From Microthyrium microscopicum (lineage: Eukaryota): a stretch of 64,000 nucleotides of DNA. Made by a program: the position numbers and the translations under genes. The stretch spans positions 344,627 through 408,626 of the forward strand of contig MU004230.1 of NCBI GenBank assembly GCA_010405405.1, in the 5' to 3' direction. Below, piece by piece: positions 1 to 12,300 of this stretch. Position 1 is the first letter of the stretch. Every line of letters starts with the position of its first letter. The notes under the pieces were generated by a model, which saw only the letters and a program-made list of their open reading frames with translations, did no database searches and was not told the DNA's origin.

Positions 1-199
1 TACACCGAACTGAGCTTTGGAAGCGGAATGAACAACTCGGGTTTATTGCATGGATCTTGACGCAAAAAGCTCTGCGGATTTGCAAAATGAACGGCGTGCG
101 ATGTTTGATATTTGCCACGGTTCAAATCAAAGCCTTTTTGGAGTCTGAGCAGATGATAAGGCTGAGGCACTAAGGCAATCACGGAACTAGCCGCAGGCA

Positions 200-917
200 C
201 ATTAGCGGCGGTCTATGGGGCTGAACAATGGTTGACGGAGTGTTGGTAGAGAATTACTGGTGATTAATAGTAATATTGCAATAACGCTTAATTAAGTAAG
301 CGTTGGGATTACTTACTATTAATCCTATCTTATGGTTGGTGAATAGTAAGCAAAATAACTGTTTGAAAGCGATAAACGTTTGTTGATAATAAACGTTTAG
401 CGCTATTATAAAGGTTTATAGTAAGCTTAAAGCTAAGAGCTATAGATCTACTATATAACCAGGATGTTTATAATTCTATCTTTAGTTTAGCTTATAGTAA
501 CTAATAATAAACGTATTTTTTGCATGCTTATAAAACTAGTCTAGCCCTATTATGACGTAGCTTCTTCTATATTTAACCTTATTCTTTGTAAGCTTCTAAA
601 GTTCTCTATTCCGTGTTTAATTCCTGCGACCGTAGCATTTTGAAAATCCTTAGAAATAGGCCTGCTAGCTAGAAATAGCTAGCTATCTTTTTACTAATTA
701 TCTTTGGTTGCTTATTTAGTAGATTTGGGCGCTAAACGTTTATTATCTGTAAACGTTTATCAACACAAACTGGTATCGGCTTTAAACGGTTATTACTTAG
801 CACGTTTGCAAAATTCATTGGAGTATTAACCGTTGTTATAGCGCAAACGTTCAGCTTACATAACCGTTCCTCAACTGCTAACTAACCGTTCTCCAGGCCC
901 ATAGACCGCCGCTAATG
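200..917. mobile_element. Non-autonomous TIR element (MITE/foldback), RIP-mutated
   Basis: Perfect 20-bp terminal inverted repeat CATTAGCGGCGGTCTATGGG (200-219 vs 898-917), extending imperfectly to about 34 bp. A second internal inverted repeat pairs 371-403 with 729-761 (3 mismatches). The interior is AT-rich, TpA-rich and non-coding. Confidence 0.85.
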
Positions 918-1036
918 CATTAAACGCTCTGACCTGATATCGTGAACTTTGGTCGCGTCAAACCTGCCAGTCTAAACTCGCGACAGCTGCAATATCATCC
1001 ACCAACCTACAAATTACTCCGTCAAAAACTGCAGGT

Positions 1037-2512
1037 ATGGCTCAGGACTTTGCAGATTACACGAATCCGGCCATCAGTGTCGTCAAAATTAACCTGGTAG
1101 GGCGTGATGGCAATGCGCACCACACCTTTGCGCCAGCCATCACTGAGAGCATCTACGAAAAGGACCACATATTTGGCTACAAATCGCCAAAAATCCACAT
1201 TTCGTTCCGCGCGGATGATATGCGCCCTTCAGTCAGCATCAAATTTGCCAAGAAACTGACTGTGCAAGAGGCAGAAAAGCTACTCGGCGTTCAAATTCCA
1301 GGCGAGGCTGCCGACCAAGTCGCCGATGAAGCTGCCAAAATTCTGGACATCGAAGGCCCCCTTCGCGAATACCTCCCCGAAGATGCTTTCGCGGAGCCCA
1401 GCAAAGATGCCATGCAAGGCGTACAAGACGGTGCCTGGACGCCTCCGGGCGAAAAGCACCACGAATACACCTTCGAAGGCCGCCAGATGCAAGTCTGGGG
1501 TGCCAGCCTACGCGACCGCCGCGCAATCGCCATCCTCAAGAACATGAAAATACTAATCCCAATGTTCATCGAAGGAGGCACTGTTGATTACCTTGACGAC
1601 GACGATGTCCCCGAGCACAAGTGGACCATTGACCGCTGGAAGGTCTTCCTCCTCTACCAAGTCACGAACTCCACCTACTCCCTCGCCGGCTTCTGCACAT
1701 CCTACCGTCTACCCATACCTACACCCAACGCCGCCCTTCTCCCCAATCAGTATCCTGCGCGCGAACGTATATCGCAATTCATCATACTCCCACCCTACCA
1801 ACACTCCGCCCACGGAATCCACCTCTACAACGCCGTGACTGCGACCTTCCTTGCCGACCCACTCACATTCGAAATTACAGTCGAAGATCCCAACGAAGCA
1901 TTCGACTACTTACGCGATTACTGCGATTTCCACCGCCTACTCGCTGACGCGGAATTTGCCGCGCTCGCTCTGCCAGCGCGCATTCCTACCGAAGACCTCA
2001 AGCTCTCAGCACCTGTGCCCACACTTCTACCTCCAACAATTATCGATACACTATCGCGACGGCATAAGCTTATTGCGCGTCAAGTCCAACGGCTGATCGA
2101 GCTCAAGTTACTGCGCGATGTCCCAGCATCAAGTCGCAACACGGCGCGCATAACGCGCAAAGGCCGGACAGCGAGTGCAGATGATGTGCGATTCTACTAC
2201 TGGCGGCTGCTGGTGAAGGAACGCGTGTATGTTCGCAACTTTGACGAGATTGGCATGGTCGAGGAAGCGGAGCGAGTTCCCAAGATTGAGAGCTCGGCGG
2301 ATGCCATGCAGGAGCAGTACGACGAGTTGCTAACGGGATATGAGCGACGAGTGGACGAGGATTATTTTGGTGATGCGCAGGCGAACGGTGGAGCAGAAGC
2401 AAGAAAAAGTAAGAAACGGAGAATGGTGATTGACGACGACGACGATGATGACGATGACGATGATGATCGGGCAAAAAGAGTTGCGACAGAAGATCTTGTG
2501 GCAGGCCGGTAA
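1037..2512 (+). CDS. HAT1: Histone acetyltransferase type B catalytic subunit
   Basis: 491-aa ORF with Hat1 motifs IFGYK, MFIEGG, RISQFIILPPYQ..HG..LY and EITVEDPNEAFDYLRD; poly-Asp C-terminal tail. Confidence 0.93.
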   Translation: MAQDFADYTNPAISVVKINLVGRDGNAHHTFAPAITESIYEKDHIFGYKSPKIHISFRADDMRPSVSIKFAKKLTVQEAEKLLGVQIPGEAADQVADEAAKILDIEGPLREYLPEDAFAEPSKDAMQGVQDGAWTPPGEKHHEYTFEGRQMQVWGASLRDRRAIAILKNMKILIPMFIEGGTVDYLDDDDVPEHKWTIDRWKVFLLYQVTNSTYSLAGFCTSYRLPIPTPNAALLPNQYPARERISQFIILPPYQHSAHGIHLYNAVTATFLADPLTFEITVEDPNEAFDYLRDYCDFHRLLADAEFAALALPARIPTEDLKLSAPVPTLLPPTIIDTLSRRHKLIARQVQRLIELKLLRDVPASSRNTARITRKGRTASADDVRFYYWRLLVKERVYVRNFDEIGMVEEAERVPKIESSADAMQEQYDELLTGYERRVDEDYFGDAQANGGAEARKSKKRRMVIDDDDDDDDDDDDRAKRVATEDLVAGR

Positions 2513-2753
2513 CTCTATACTCCTCCGGGCAGAGGTATAAACGAAGTAGTGGTGGATGAAACCGTGTATATTAGTCTAATAGAGATATCCATACCTAACC
2601 GCAGACACATTTTACGCAAAGCAGCTAAAGTACAGTCCGCTCGCTCCATAGCTCCTTGACAACAAAAGAAATTCACTGACAAGCCCAAGCATTACTATTG
2701 CTTTGCGAACAGTCCATCGCTAAAGATCTCGACCATCGAATCGACATACTTTC

Positions 2754-4189
2754 CTATGTCCGGCTGACCACTGGAGTCTTTTGCTCCGGGATATTCGCCT
2801 CAGAGTAGTAAAAGTTCTCCTCCGGAACACGACCTCGGAGGAAGTCAGGCTCGCTACCACGAACATAGACGTCTTCGAAGAGAACTTGTGGTGTGGCTTC
2901 AGGGGCGGGCATTTGCTCAGCTTCAGCGACCTCCTTATCGACCTTTTCACGGGCCTCCTTGTCTATTGATTTGAGCTCGTCCTCGTTGACAACGCCCCAA
3001 TCTAGTAGGTGTTGCTTCAATCCAGCAATTGGATCCTGAGTAGATCGCATGCGTTGAATTTCTTCACGAGTCTAAGGAATTGTTAGCAATGTAGTGAAAT
3101 GGACTTTGTTAAGACTTACTCTGTAGGTAGTTCCAGGGTCAGACATCGAGTGACCACCATAACGGTAGGTGACGTATTCGTAGACCAGAGGTCCTTTTCC
3201 GGCCGCGCACCATTCTTTGCCGTATTGTACAGCAGCCTTGACAGCAAGTACGTCCATGCCATTGATCTTGAGTCCAGGAATATATTGACCGCGTTTGTAG
3301 TAGTCCGTCAAGCCAGATGATCGAGCAGCAGAAGTACCCATACCATATTTGTTGTCTGTGCACAATTAGCAAATGTAAAAATTGAAAGAGTGGAGTGTTT
3401 TCATACTTTCACATCCAAAGATGATGGGGATGTTCCACAATTTGGCCATGTTGAACGCTTCAAACACTTGACCTTGATTGCTGGCACCATCACCATATAA
3501 GGCTAGGGTAACATTCTTCTTTTCGTTGTACATGTTTGCAAATGCAATGCCGGCGCCGACAGGAACCTGAGCACCAACAATGCCGTTGCCACCATAAAAT
3601 CCAGGAGCGAACATGTGCATACTACCACCCTTGCCGTAGGCAATGCCTCCTCGTCGACCAAGAAGTTCTCCAATGATGGATTTGACAGAACCACCGCGCA
3701 TATAGGCAAAGCCGTGACATCGGTATGCAGTGATGATGCTGTCTTCTTTCTCAAGGCCGTGCTCGATACCAACGGAGACAGCTTCCTGGCCTGTAGAGAG
3801 ATGGCAGAAGCCTCGAATCTTCTTTTCTTTGTATAATCGATCGGCGGCCATTTCCATTCGTCTATGAAAGCCAATTGTTAGATTTTTCGATGGCAATTGA
3901 AGGCTAATGAAGCTTACCGGACAGCAACCATGTCGTAATACATCTGCTTGAGTTCGGCTTTTGTCGTCTGGAGGGTGTATGATGGCGGATCCAGATCGTA
4001 TGTCTCAAAGGCCTCGTCCGAGAGACGGACCTCGAAGGGCTTGTCGTCCTCTGCAGGTACGCTATCTCTGTCGGTGTGTGATGATGCGGCATCCGTAGTT
4101 ACGGCTCGTCGTGACAGGAGTGATGAGGGGGTGGTAAAGGCATTGCGTCTAAAGGAGACAGGACTCCGCCGCACAGCTCTGGAGAACAT
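2754..4189 (-). CDS. PDA1: Pyruvate dehydrogenase E1 alpha subunit, mitochondrial (spliced)
   Basis: Exons encode [20 protein letters not shown], the TPP motif [10 protein letters not shown] and [15 protein letters not shown]. Arg/Ser-rich presequence MFSRAVRR starts at ATG 4189. Confidence 0.98.
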
Positions 4190-4809
4190 GATGAGTAGAG
4201 GGAGGAATGGCGGAAGGAGTGGAGAGAGATGGCGAGCTTCAAGAAAATTGAAGGATGAATGAGCAGCGGAAGACTTGTGGATTTCCCAATCAGAAGTTGT
4301 CCAAAGTCTGAGCTCCGGAAGCTCACGCATGGACCCACTGTTTTCGAAGCTACAACTACCCAGCGTCCCTACTAAAATGCACTCCCTAGGCGTAGTGGAG
4401 CGCAATTTAGCGCATCCCCTTTTCAGCCTGATAGGTTTGCAATAATTACGATTCCTATGTGAGGCTACATTTGGCTAGGAGATCGTACCTCTTTCTATCT
4501 GGGTGACTTTACAAGTCGGCCATCAAAGTGATGAAGTTGGTGCTTCCAAGGTCTCACACGATGATAGGCGAAAGGTGCTAGATGTTAGATGGATGGCAAT
4601 TTAGGAGTTTAAATAGAAAACTATCAATCGCCCGGTCTCTGAGTACTACTCATCAAGTAAGTCCTTAGTAAGTTAACGTGGGTATCTTTCCCAGTATCCT
4701 TGAGCGTGTGAAGATAGTATAATCTGGTAACATTATTGATCTAGATGTTTCATACAGCGACTCAAACTCAGTTATATCTTCATAACAATTATCTCTCTCC
4801 AAATCAACT

Positions 4810-6105
4810 TCATTCTCGTTTTCCATGCGTTCTTTGATGCCTTCTGAAATTGTCTTTCCTTTCTGTCTCATATGAACAATTTAAGATTTCGCATGAGTAC
4901 TTTTTGACGCCGGCGTGGATTAGTTGATGGCGATCTCGTTCGCGTCTACCATTGAAGGTCCTTGAACATTGCGGGTTGCTGCAGGTATAGGGTCTGTTGC
5001 CGTGAACTTGTTGGTCATGTTTTCTGGTTCTATTAATCTTGCTGTCGTAATTTTGAAGAATTCGACATGCATACCTTTCATGCTTCACACGTTTATTGCA
5101 TTTCGGGCAAAAGCTGTAGTCTCTTTCGCTTGATTTCTGTCTGGCACCATTATGGCGTTCAAGTTCTCTGCCTTGGCGCGACGACTCGAAATTTCCACTC
5201 AGTGTTTGATTGAGTTCACCAGGAGAAGAGTTCACCCTTTCTTCCGATAGATTCTGGGGGCGTGGGTTCCAGGATGGCGATAGATTTGCTGTTGCTGTGG
5301 TATCACGAAGATGAGCATGTTGAAGATTATGAGGATCTAGGAGTTGGCCAAGCAATTCACCGGTTCTGCGGTAGTTTCGAGTCGGTAATCCTTCATATGG
5401 TTCGATACTACCACTTGGATTGTCGCCTTCGTCCTGCTCGAATAATAACGTGGCCTGATGTAGGGCGTAATAGGGCGTCTGGTTTGGTACCGCCTGATGA
5501 TCGAGCTCAAAAGCCTGATAGTAGCCAGTATCCTCCGCACCACCAGGATTACTCATTTGATCTTGAATACCAGTACCGATGAAGAATGATGGCAGGATAC
5601 TAGAGTTGTCGCCTCCGTCGTCTGAATTGCAACCATGACCAGGTGCTGGAGAAGGACTCGGCGAGTTTTGTCGAGATCGACCATATGCAGGTGATGGTAA
5701 GAAGAAGGGGCTATTGACCGCACTTATATCAGAGTAAGGTGCATCACTTTGAGATGTGGTAGGTGAGGAACTGTAAATGGACAAGGGTGGACTGCTACTC
5801 GCGCCCAGAAAGCTGGAGTAGACTGGATGGTTAGGCGATAGTTGATCCAAGCCAGACCTTGTGGGCCTAGCCATCTCGTCTTGAGCACTGTCGCTGATTA
5901 GAAGCTGCGGTAGATGGGATATCGACGGTCGTCGAATGTTGTATTGGAGAGGTGGTGCCTCCTGGAAAGCTGTATTGGGCTCGCTTGAAAGAATGTATTC
6001 TGTTTCTCCGTCACTCTCATATCCCGAGGATTCAGTAGAACCCAATCCGCGAGCGCTTGCGATACGAGGCGGATAGAAATGATGAGGAGTTGTAGAAGAA
6101 TTCAT
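4810..6105 (-). CDS. C2H2 zinc-finger protein (three C-terminal fingers, disordered N-terminus)
   Basis: CPKC..H..H, CSNPQC..F..H..H and CEILNC..RKDNFRRHQRTH fingers. Probable in-frame intron 5074-5024 lies within finger 1. Confidence 0.8.
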   Translation of the reverse strand: MNSSTTPHHFYPPRIASARGLGSTESSGYESDGETEYILSSEPNTAFQEAPPLQYNIRRPSISHLPQLLISDSAQDEMARPTRSGLDQLSPNHPVYSSFLGASSSPPLSIYSSSPTTSQSDAPYSDISAVNSPFFLPSPAYGRSRQNSPSPSPAPGHGCNSDDGGDNSSILPSFFIGTGIQDQMSNPGGAEDTGYYQAFELDHQAVPNQTPYYALHQATLLFEQDEGDNPSGSIEPYEGLPTRNYRRTGELLGQLLDPHNLQHAHLRDTTATANLSPSWNPRPQNLSEERVNSSPGELNQTLSGNFESSRQGRELERHNGARQKSSERDYSFCPKCNKRVKHERYACRILQNYDSKINRTRKHDQQVHGNRPYTCSNPQCSRTFNGRRERDRHQLIHAGVKKYSCEILNCSYETERKDNFRRHQRTHGKRE

Positions 6106-8260
6106 GCTTCGATTCTATCGTCCGAAATTCCACGGGTTTTTCTCAAGTAAAAGAGCAAAATCGGCTGTCAGAGACGTGGTGGGATGCTTGGAGGGATATA
6201 GAACGGCAGGCAGTGCTTGTCAGGAACAGCGAAGACAAGGAGGATGTTGACAAGGACGATGAGATATGACGAGCTTTGAAGAAGCATTGTTTGGGATGCT
6301 CGACTCCCGGAGCAAACGGTCAAATACTGGTATCAGCCTGATAAGCTCCATCTGAGGCGGAAGAATAGAGCAACCAGGCCAAAGTCCCCAGCAATGGCTT
6401 CCCTCACCGCCTACGACTCCACGACCAACGTGGCCAGCGAAGCCTTCTGAAATAGCCAGTGTCATGGATAGGACCGCTCATTCTAAGCACTGCTTGCGTC
6501 GAGATATGAACGATGAGCCTCCTCTCGATACATTACGCCAGGTTATATTGTGAGCAGGCCCCACGAAATATGCTCGTGTAGCTTCGTTATACCTTACTTC
6601 ACCGCTTGAAAGCTTCATCAGGCATCTCTGGACGTAGGTGAAATGTAGAGCGACAAGGCAGGCAACTTTGGGGCGGTGTAATTAAAGTCTTGCACTTAAG
6701 GGGAAGATGTATGTCTGAGTGGTGCACGCAGACTGAGGCCCTCCCATACTTAGGTCGATCTGTGATGCGTTTCGCAGCTGGTTGGTCTGTTGACTTGATC
6801 AGGCTGTTTCGTGAAGCGAGGTCAGTGACGAAGACTCTAAAATGTAGTAATGTGTGGATATTGGGTAGTGAGTTATGTCATTCATGGTCGTAGGTAGATG
6901 TGATATAAGAGTGTAGCTCGATGGGTAGGAAAGAGATGAGAGAAAGAGCGGCAGCGAATTTCAAATACTGAGAGGGCCTCGGGAGCGAGACTTTATAAGC
7001 AAAGGGAGTCAACATGCCTTGAGGAGTCAACAGAATCGAACAAGGAGAGTAGGCTTACATCCAGGTCGCTCATGGCGCCAATGGTGCGCTCTTTTTTCAC
7101 TTAGGGTGGGTGGGAGATACGTTTCTTTTGGCAGATGTTGGTTGTTTGTGTCCGCTACAGAACTCAAGCAGAAAGACAGATCAGGGGATTTGTTGGCTAT
7201 CTGCATTCTAGAGAACTTGGTCAAAGTGGTTCACTCTTGTCTCTTGTCCATTACGGGCGCGTCTGAACTCTACATCCTGATCATGGTTCTATTTGAGCAA
7301 TTGCGACCCTTTGTTTAAATAATGTCTCGGCCACAGCTGGAGCGCCAGTTACTGTTTGTAGTTTATCATGCATAAAAAGGCTTGTTTACTCAGAAATGGC
7401 TGCTGGCGTGTCATGCTATTGGACAATTGGCGCTAACAAAACTGTTCATGGTGTGTAGGATAGCATCTGCAGGCGGCAAACCAAGCTCGTGATGGCTGGG
7501 TGGGCCCGATTACAATCTTTTCATTGTTCTTTTCCGAAGCCACTCTGTCGGATCGTTAACTTTCATTTTGCGCAGGCCCCTGAGTGGGACGTAGTTTAGT
7601 CATAATGTTTATGGCGCATTGCTCGTCAAAATATCCAGTGACGCACTGTGTGAACAGACGCTATGCTTATTTTTATATTTCAATGGTAGGTTAGCCTCGC
7701 AGTATATGTCAAATAAGGCATACTATCAACCCCTGATCAAGACATTAGTCTAGGAGTCAAGGAAAACGAATGGGCGAAGCCAGTAACAAATCAAAGAGAC
7801 AGTAGAACTTGCTGGTCTAGGTGAATGTTTGCAGAGCGTCGAAATCATATTGAATCAGGAAATGCTTTTGTAAACCGAAATAGATACTGGTCCACTGCCC
7901 ACAGAGGCCGCCATTGGGTTTTAACGACGCACGTCGCCACTTGTGAAGAGCAAGGATTCTACTTGCCTTCCGAATGCTTTTGAGTCCAACTCTCTGTGGA
8001 CTTGATGGAAAGGTAAAGTACTTGGTGATAGATCGTACCTTTCGGATGCCAGTGAGGATGCTGATGAAACGTTCGGCAGTATTTACGATAGATGGGCTTC
8101 ATATGCTTGCGGCTAGTCGTCAGCCGGCGAGTCCAGAAATGGAAGTACGTGAGCACTGCATGCTGGAGTAGAAACCCTACCAACGATATCTGTCCATGCA
8201 GGCCTTGATTGATGTGCACAGAGAGAAGATATTAGGAATGAGCTTCTACCACCTACCACA

Positions 8261-9397
8261 TCAGTGCCCAGTTCTTCTCCTGTGTCTTTGTAGGTTGTCG
8301 CGACGTGTATACATCGTTTGGCATGTTGGACAGGGAAATTGGCGATTGCGCTGATGCCTGCCATCCCGATGCCTCGTCAGATCTCTGCGGGTCCTGGCAG
8401 TATATGTACAGTGAGGTTCAGTACAAGGATAGCTTGGCGCTAGTGGATCGTGAATCTGACGGTGATGACTACACATTGTTAGCTTTGACTACCTGGAAGG
8501 GACATGATGATTACAACCTCAAGCTGGAGCGAGCAAGCCGTTGGCCACATACATTGCAGGTAACTCTTTCGTCCTGTTCCTGAGCACTGTCGTCCTGGCG
8601 ATTCTCATCATCCAAGTCATTTGTATCATCAGCAAGATCGTCTTCGGCTTCGTCACCGGGAATAGGTGCAGAACTACTGTCAGCAAACTCGGTCTGCGCC
8701 TGGGTATTCGATTCCGTGGTTCTTTCAATAATTCGAGGTTCACCAGCATCTAGAATTTGGCTCGGCCCCGATCGTGCTGTGGCGGTGCGAAATATACTCC
8801 TCTGTCTGCGAGATATTATACCAGATACTTCGTCTTCAGGGATCTCCCGAGGATACGAGTCGGAAGGAGCGCTTATATCAGGGCCTTCAGCAAACTTCAC
8901 TGTATCACTCAATGAAGCCTCCCCTTGGTGTAACAATGTATTTGATAGGTTGGTGGGGGATTCACGAAAGCTGAAGGCGGATGGAGATGGTGTTTGACCA
9001 TGTCCATAGAGGGAGGATAGCTCGAAGTTGTTTCGTAAATCGCGTGAAGATCGTGTAAGATGGTTGGGAGCTGAATGATAGTCGTAATCAAAGTCGGTTG
9101 AGGGGAGGACTCGTTCGCTTCGCCTGGCAATGGAGTGTATCGCTGGTGCGAGAGGATCGCGGCTATTCCTTGTCACATATTAGCAGTCAGAAAGTCTCAA
9201 CGCGAGGTTAAGAGAGCCTCATATGACGGGTGAAGGAGATGTAACCTTTCGTACAAGCTGTCAGTGTCTGTTCTGACGCCATCGAAATCGCCGGAGACGC
9301 TGGTTCTAGAGGACGTCGGTACTGCTTCTTCGCCATATATCTCACACAACATGTCATACAAACATCTCATTGATTCCAATGGCGTAGAATCACTCAT
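8261..9397 (-). CDS. C2H2 zinc-finger protein (three C-terminal fingers, spliced)
   Basis: Three ORF segments join through introns at about 9245-9170 and 8517-8469, giving CNVCGQRLARSSLSHHRQIH, CTEPHC..HRDGRH and CPTC..RRDNLQRHRRRTGH. The start codon is tentative. Confidence 0.75.
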
Positions 9398-12300
9398 GCT
9401 TCAGCCGCGTGCTCCACGTTCCGCAGCTGATGTTGGACGACACCTGGTTGGGCTGAAATCTGGACAGATCCACGTCAAGGAAAGCCGACACCGAGCAATG
9501 CGCTGTCGAGCTTGTGTAAAGAATGAGCACACGATACTATGTTTGTTTCCTCACTAACGATCGCCAAGAATGGCGAGTAACAATAGACACTGAACAAGGC
9601 GGCCCAGATCTCATTGTGCCAGCCATACTCAGGACAGGCAGGATTATGAAAGACGCCAAGCCCTCAGATTATTGGTCTCAGTGGAATAAGTTCGAAGAAG
9701 TCGACTTTGTGAGGTTTACTAGCTTATGCTGAGGAGGTTCGTGTCTCTTGCGTAGACGAAGCGTAGACTGAACCCTCACAATAATGGCCGTGAAAAGACC
9801 ACACAACCACTTGCTTCCGTCGTTCCCGCTTCATAGCGTATCCTTGGATAGCAAGGCCGAAAACAAGGCCGCCACTTTCGTTCAAATTCCTCGTTCCAAC
9901 GATTGGGTTTCTTGACGCGTTCGCGCTCATAGCGCGAATGATACAACGGGTGGGTGGCCTCCTTTAAACCGGTTACAGCTAGGGGAAATATAAAAAGTAC
10001 CTCACCCGCCTGATGGGAGGACTTCTATTAGCGCTGTGGATCGTGATCCACTTTGATGTTTCTTGAAGCTCTAAGCTAAGAAAGGTAGACTTTGATTACC
10101 AGCCAACCCGGATACCTGGTCAAGTAGCGTTTGTATTTCGATATTATACTGGATGACTACCGCATTATGGCCATATATCACTCGAGCAATTGGACACCAC
10201 TTGGGGACCGTAGCCGAGCTGGGGAGAATGTTTCTGGACGGCTCGCATTGATTCAATGATATCCTTGGACTGCTTCACACGATGAGTAACATCAGACACC
10301 TGACACTGGACAGACATCAGATTTGTAGATGCACAAAAAGTCCGAGAAAGTACCTGAGGCTCTTGAACTGATCGCCGATATCGATGGTAGTATAATTCGG
10401 CAAAACCCAGTGATTAGTGCTGAAAAGTGTGCTGGAGATAATTTCCACGGCACAAAAGACGTGTCTTCTCGCTATTCCCTATCTCTTTTTCCTTAGACCC
10501 AAAACTAAGGTATACAGCTTAACCTTGCGCTCTGCAGTACGCCAATGAAGCGCCGTCGAAAAGCCGCATGATCCGATCACTTCAACCCTATCTTAGGCTG
10601 GAAATGGTTTGTTCCAGTATATTGGGAGCTTTGGATGCCGAGCATAAAGCACGTCTGTATTGATGTGCTTGAAAGAGCCCCGGAGGATCATAATCACCTT
10701 ACTAAGGGACCTGACTTCCGGCTCAAATTGACTACAGCCGCACCCTCAACCCAAAAAAACCTGAGCCATGACTTTAGCTCAATACAGTCTCTGAACGTCT
10801 ATGTTGATCTCGAATGTTGACCATCATCATTCCTAGCTCTTCCGATTTGACAAGGAGTTGTAATTGGACTGGATGAGAAAGAGCCTGGACACGCGCAGAG
10901 ACTGACGGTGAGAACTTTGGTCTTGGACGGAAGAGGATTAGGGTGCCGGCGACCTCCTGAGGATTTGTGGAGCTGGAACTCGGCTATCTTTGAGTAGCAT
11001 CATCTATTTCACGGAGTTTGTTGGCACTATTCTACCTCAGTATCTCATATGGACAGACGGAGGCGAATTAAAGATTGGCCGAAAGATAAATATGTATACT
11101 CCGCAAGTCTGTGCAGAAGCGTGTCGTCAGGCAGCCATGAAAGACGGTTGCGCTGTAGATGCAACCAAGCACGAGCTTTCTGGAGCACAACGTGTGTACT
11201 GCCCGAGGAGAGTCTCAGGTAACTCACGACGTTATTGATCAAATTTGACGATCAGCAACCAAGTTTTTTGCTTAGCTTGAGCTAGCTCTTGATGGCACAT
11301 GTCTAAGGATTGTCTCCCCTCATCTGAGTCCTGGTGTTCGCGCCGATGGACTGATCAGATCCAAAGCGACCATCGACTGAAAGTGTCAGGGAGCAAGATC
11401 AAGACCATCGATATCGATCCAACGTCCGTTTGACTGGAGCACCAAGAAGCACTACCGAGAGAAAATTGAGTTTCCAGAATGATAGTAGGTGTAGTTGGAA
11501 TATAGTTTGACAAATATCCGCCAAGGACGCGACGAAAATAGAATCTGGCAGGTCGCCATCACCACCAAACCCAATTGGGGTTGGCTGCCGTACAATAAGA
11601 CCGGGCCAGCCCGAATCTAGCGCAACCAGTCCATGAAAAGTACTGGACAGGCAGACGCGAGAAGGCAGGGTTCTCTTGTCTCCTTCGAGGCCAATAAGGG
11701 AGAGCAAGTCCGTGGCATTTTGCCAGTAGAGACACTGCTTGAGGTCGAGACCGTCCTCCTTGACTGGTAAAGGTCCACTGACATGCCACATGCTATTCCA
11801 TCGCCGCACTTGGTACGATATCAGTACATCCTAAGATCAAACGACTTCCAATGGGATAGTCTCCAACTCGAAGTCTCGGAGCATATCTTTGGAGCCTACT
11901 CGTTTCCACCCACAACGCTAGTAATGATCATTGCATTGACTCACAACAGATGCTCTCGAATGGCATTGGCTCTCCGACGAACGCGATCGTACCATCGTAC
12001 CATCGTACGAGAAATGTTTTATAAGCATCCAATCGGCCTTGGCAAGGTCGTCTATCAGCTATGCGTTATAGACGCCCAAGAGTATGAGACGGTGAAGCCT
12101 GCAGATAACTTGGCTTAGTGCATGCATAAATCAAGCCATGTCATTAATTGACGTGGCCAAGACTCCATTCAGTTGATTTATGTGGACTTTGAGAGGACAT
12201 ATATCTGAATTGGAGCTCTTTCTTCGCTCTTTTCTCTTGGAGGCGATATATTCCGCCCTGTTACCACACCCGCTGTAGGGTATCGGAATAATCCGATTTT

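Noticed and set aside
2431..2467. GAC/GAT trinucleotide run
   Set aside because: It simply encodes the poly-Asp tail of HAT1.
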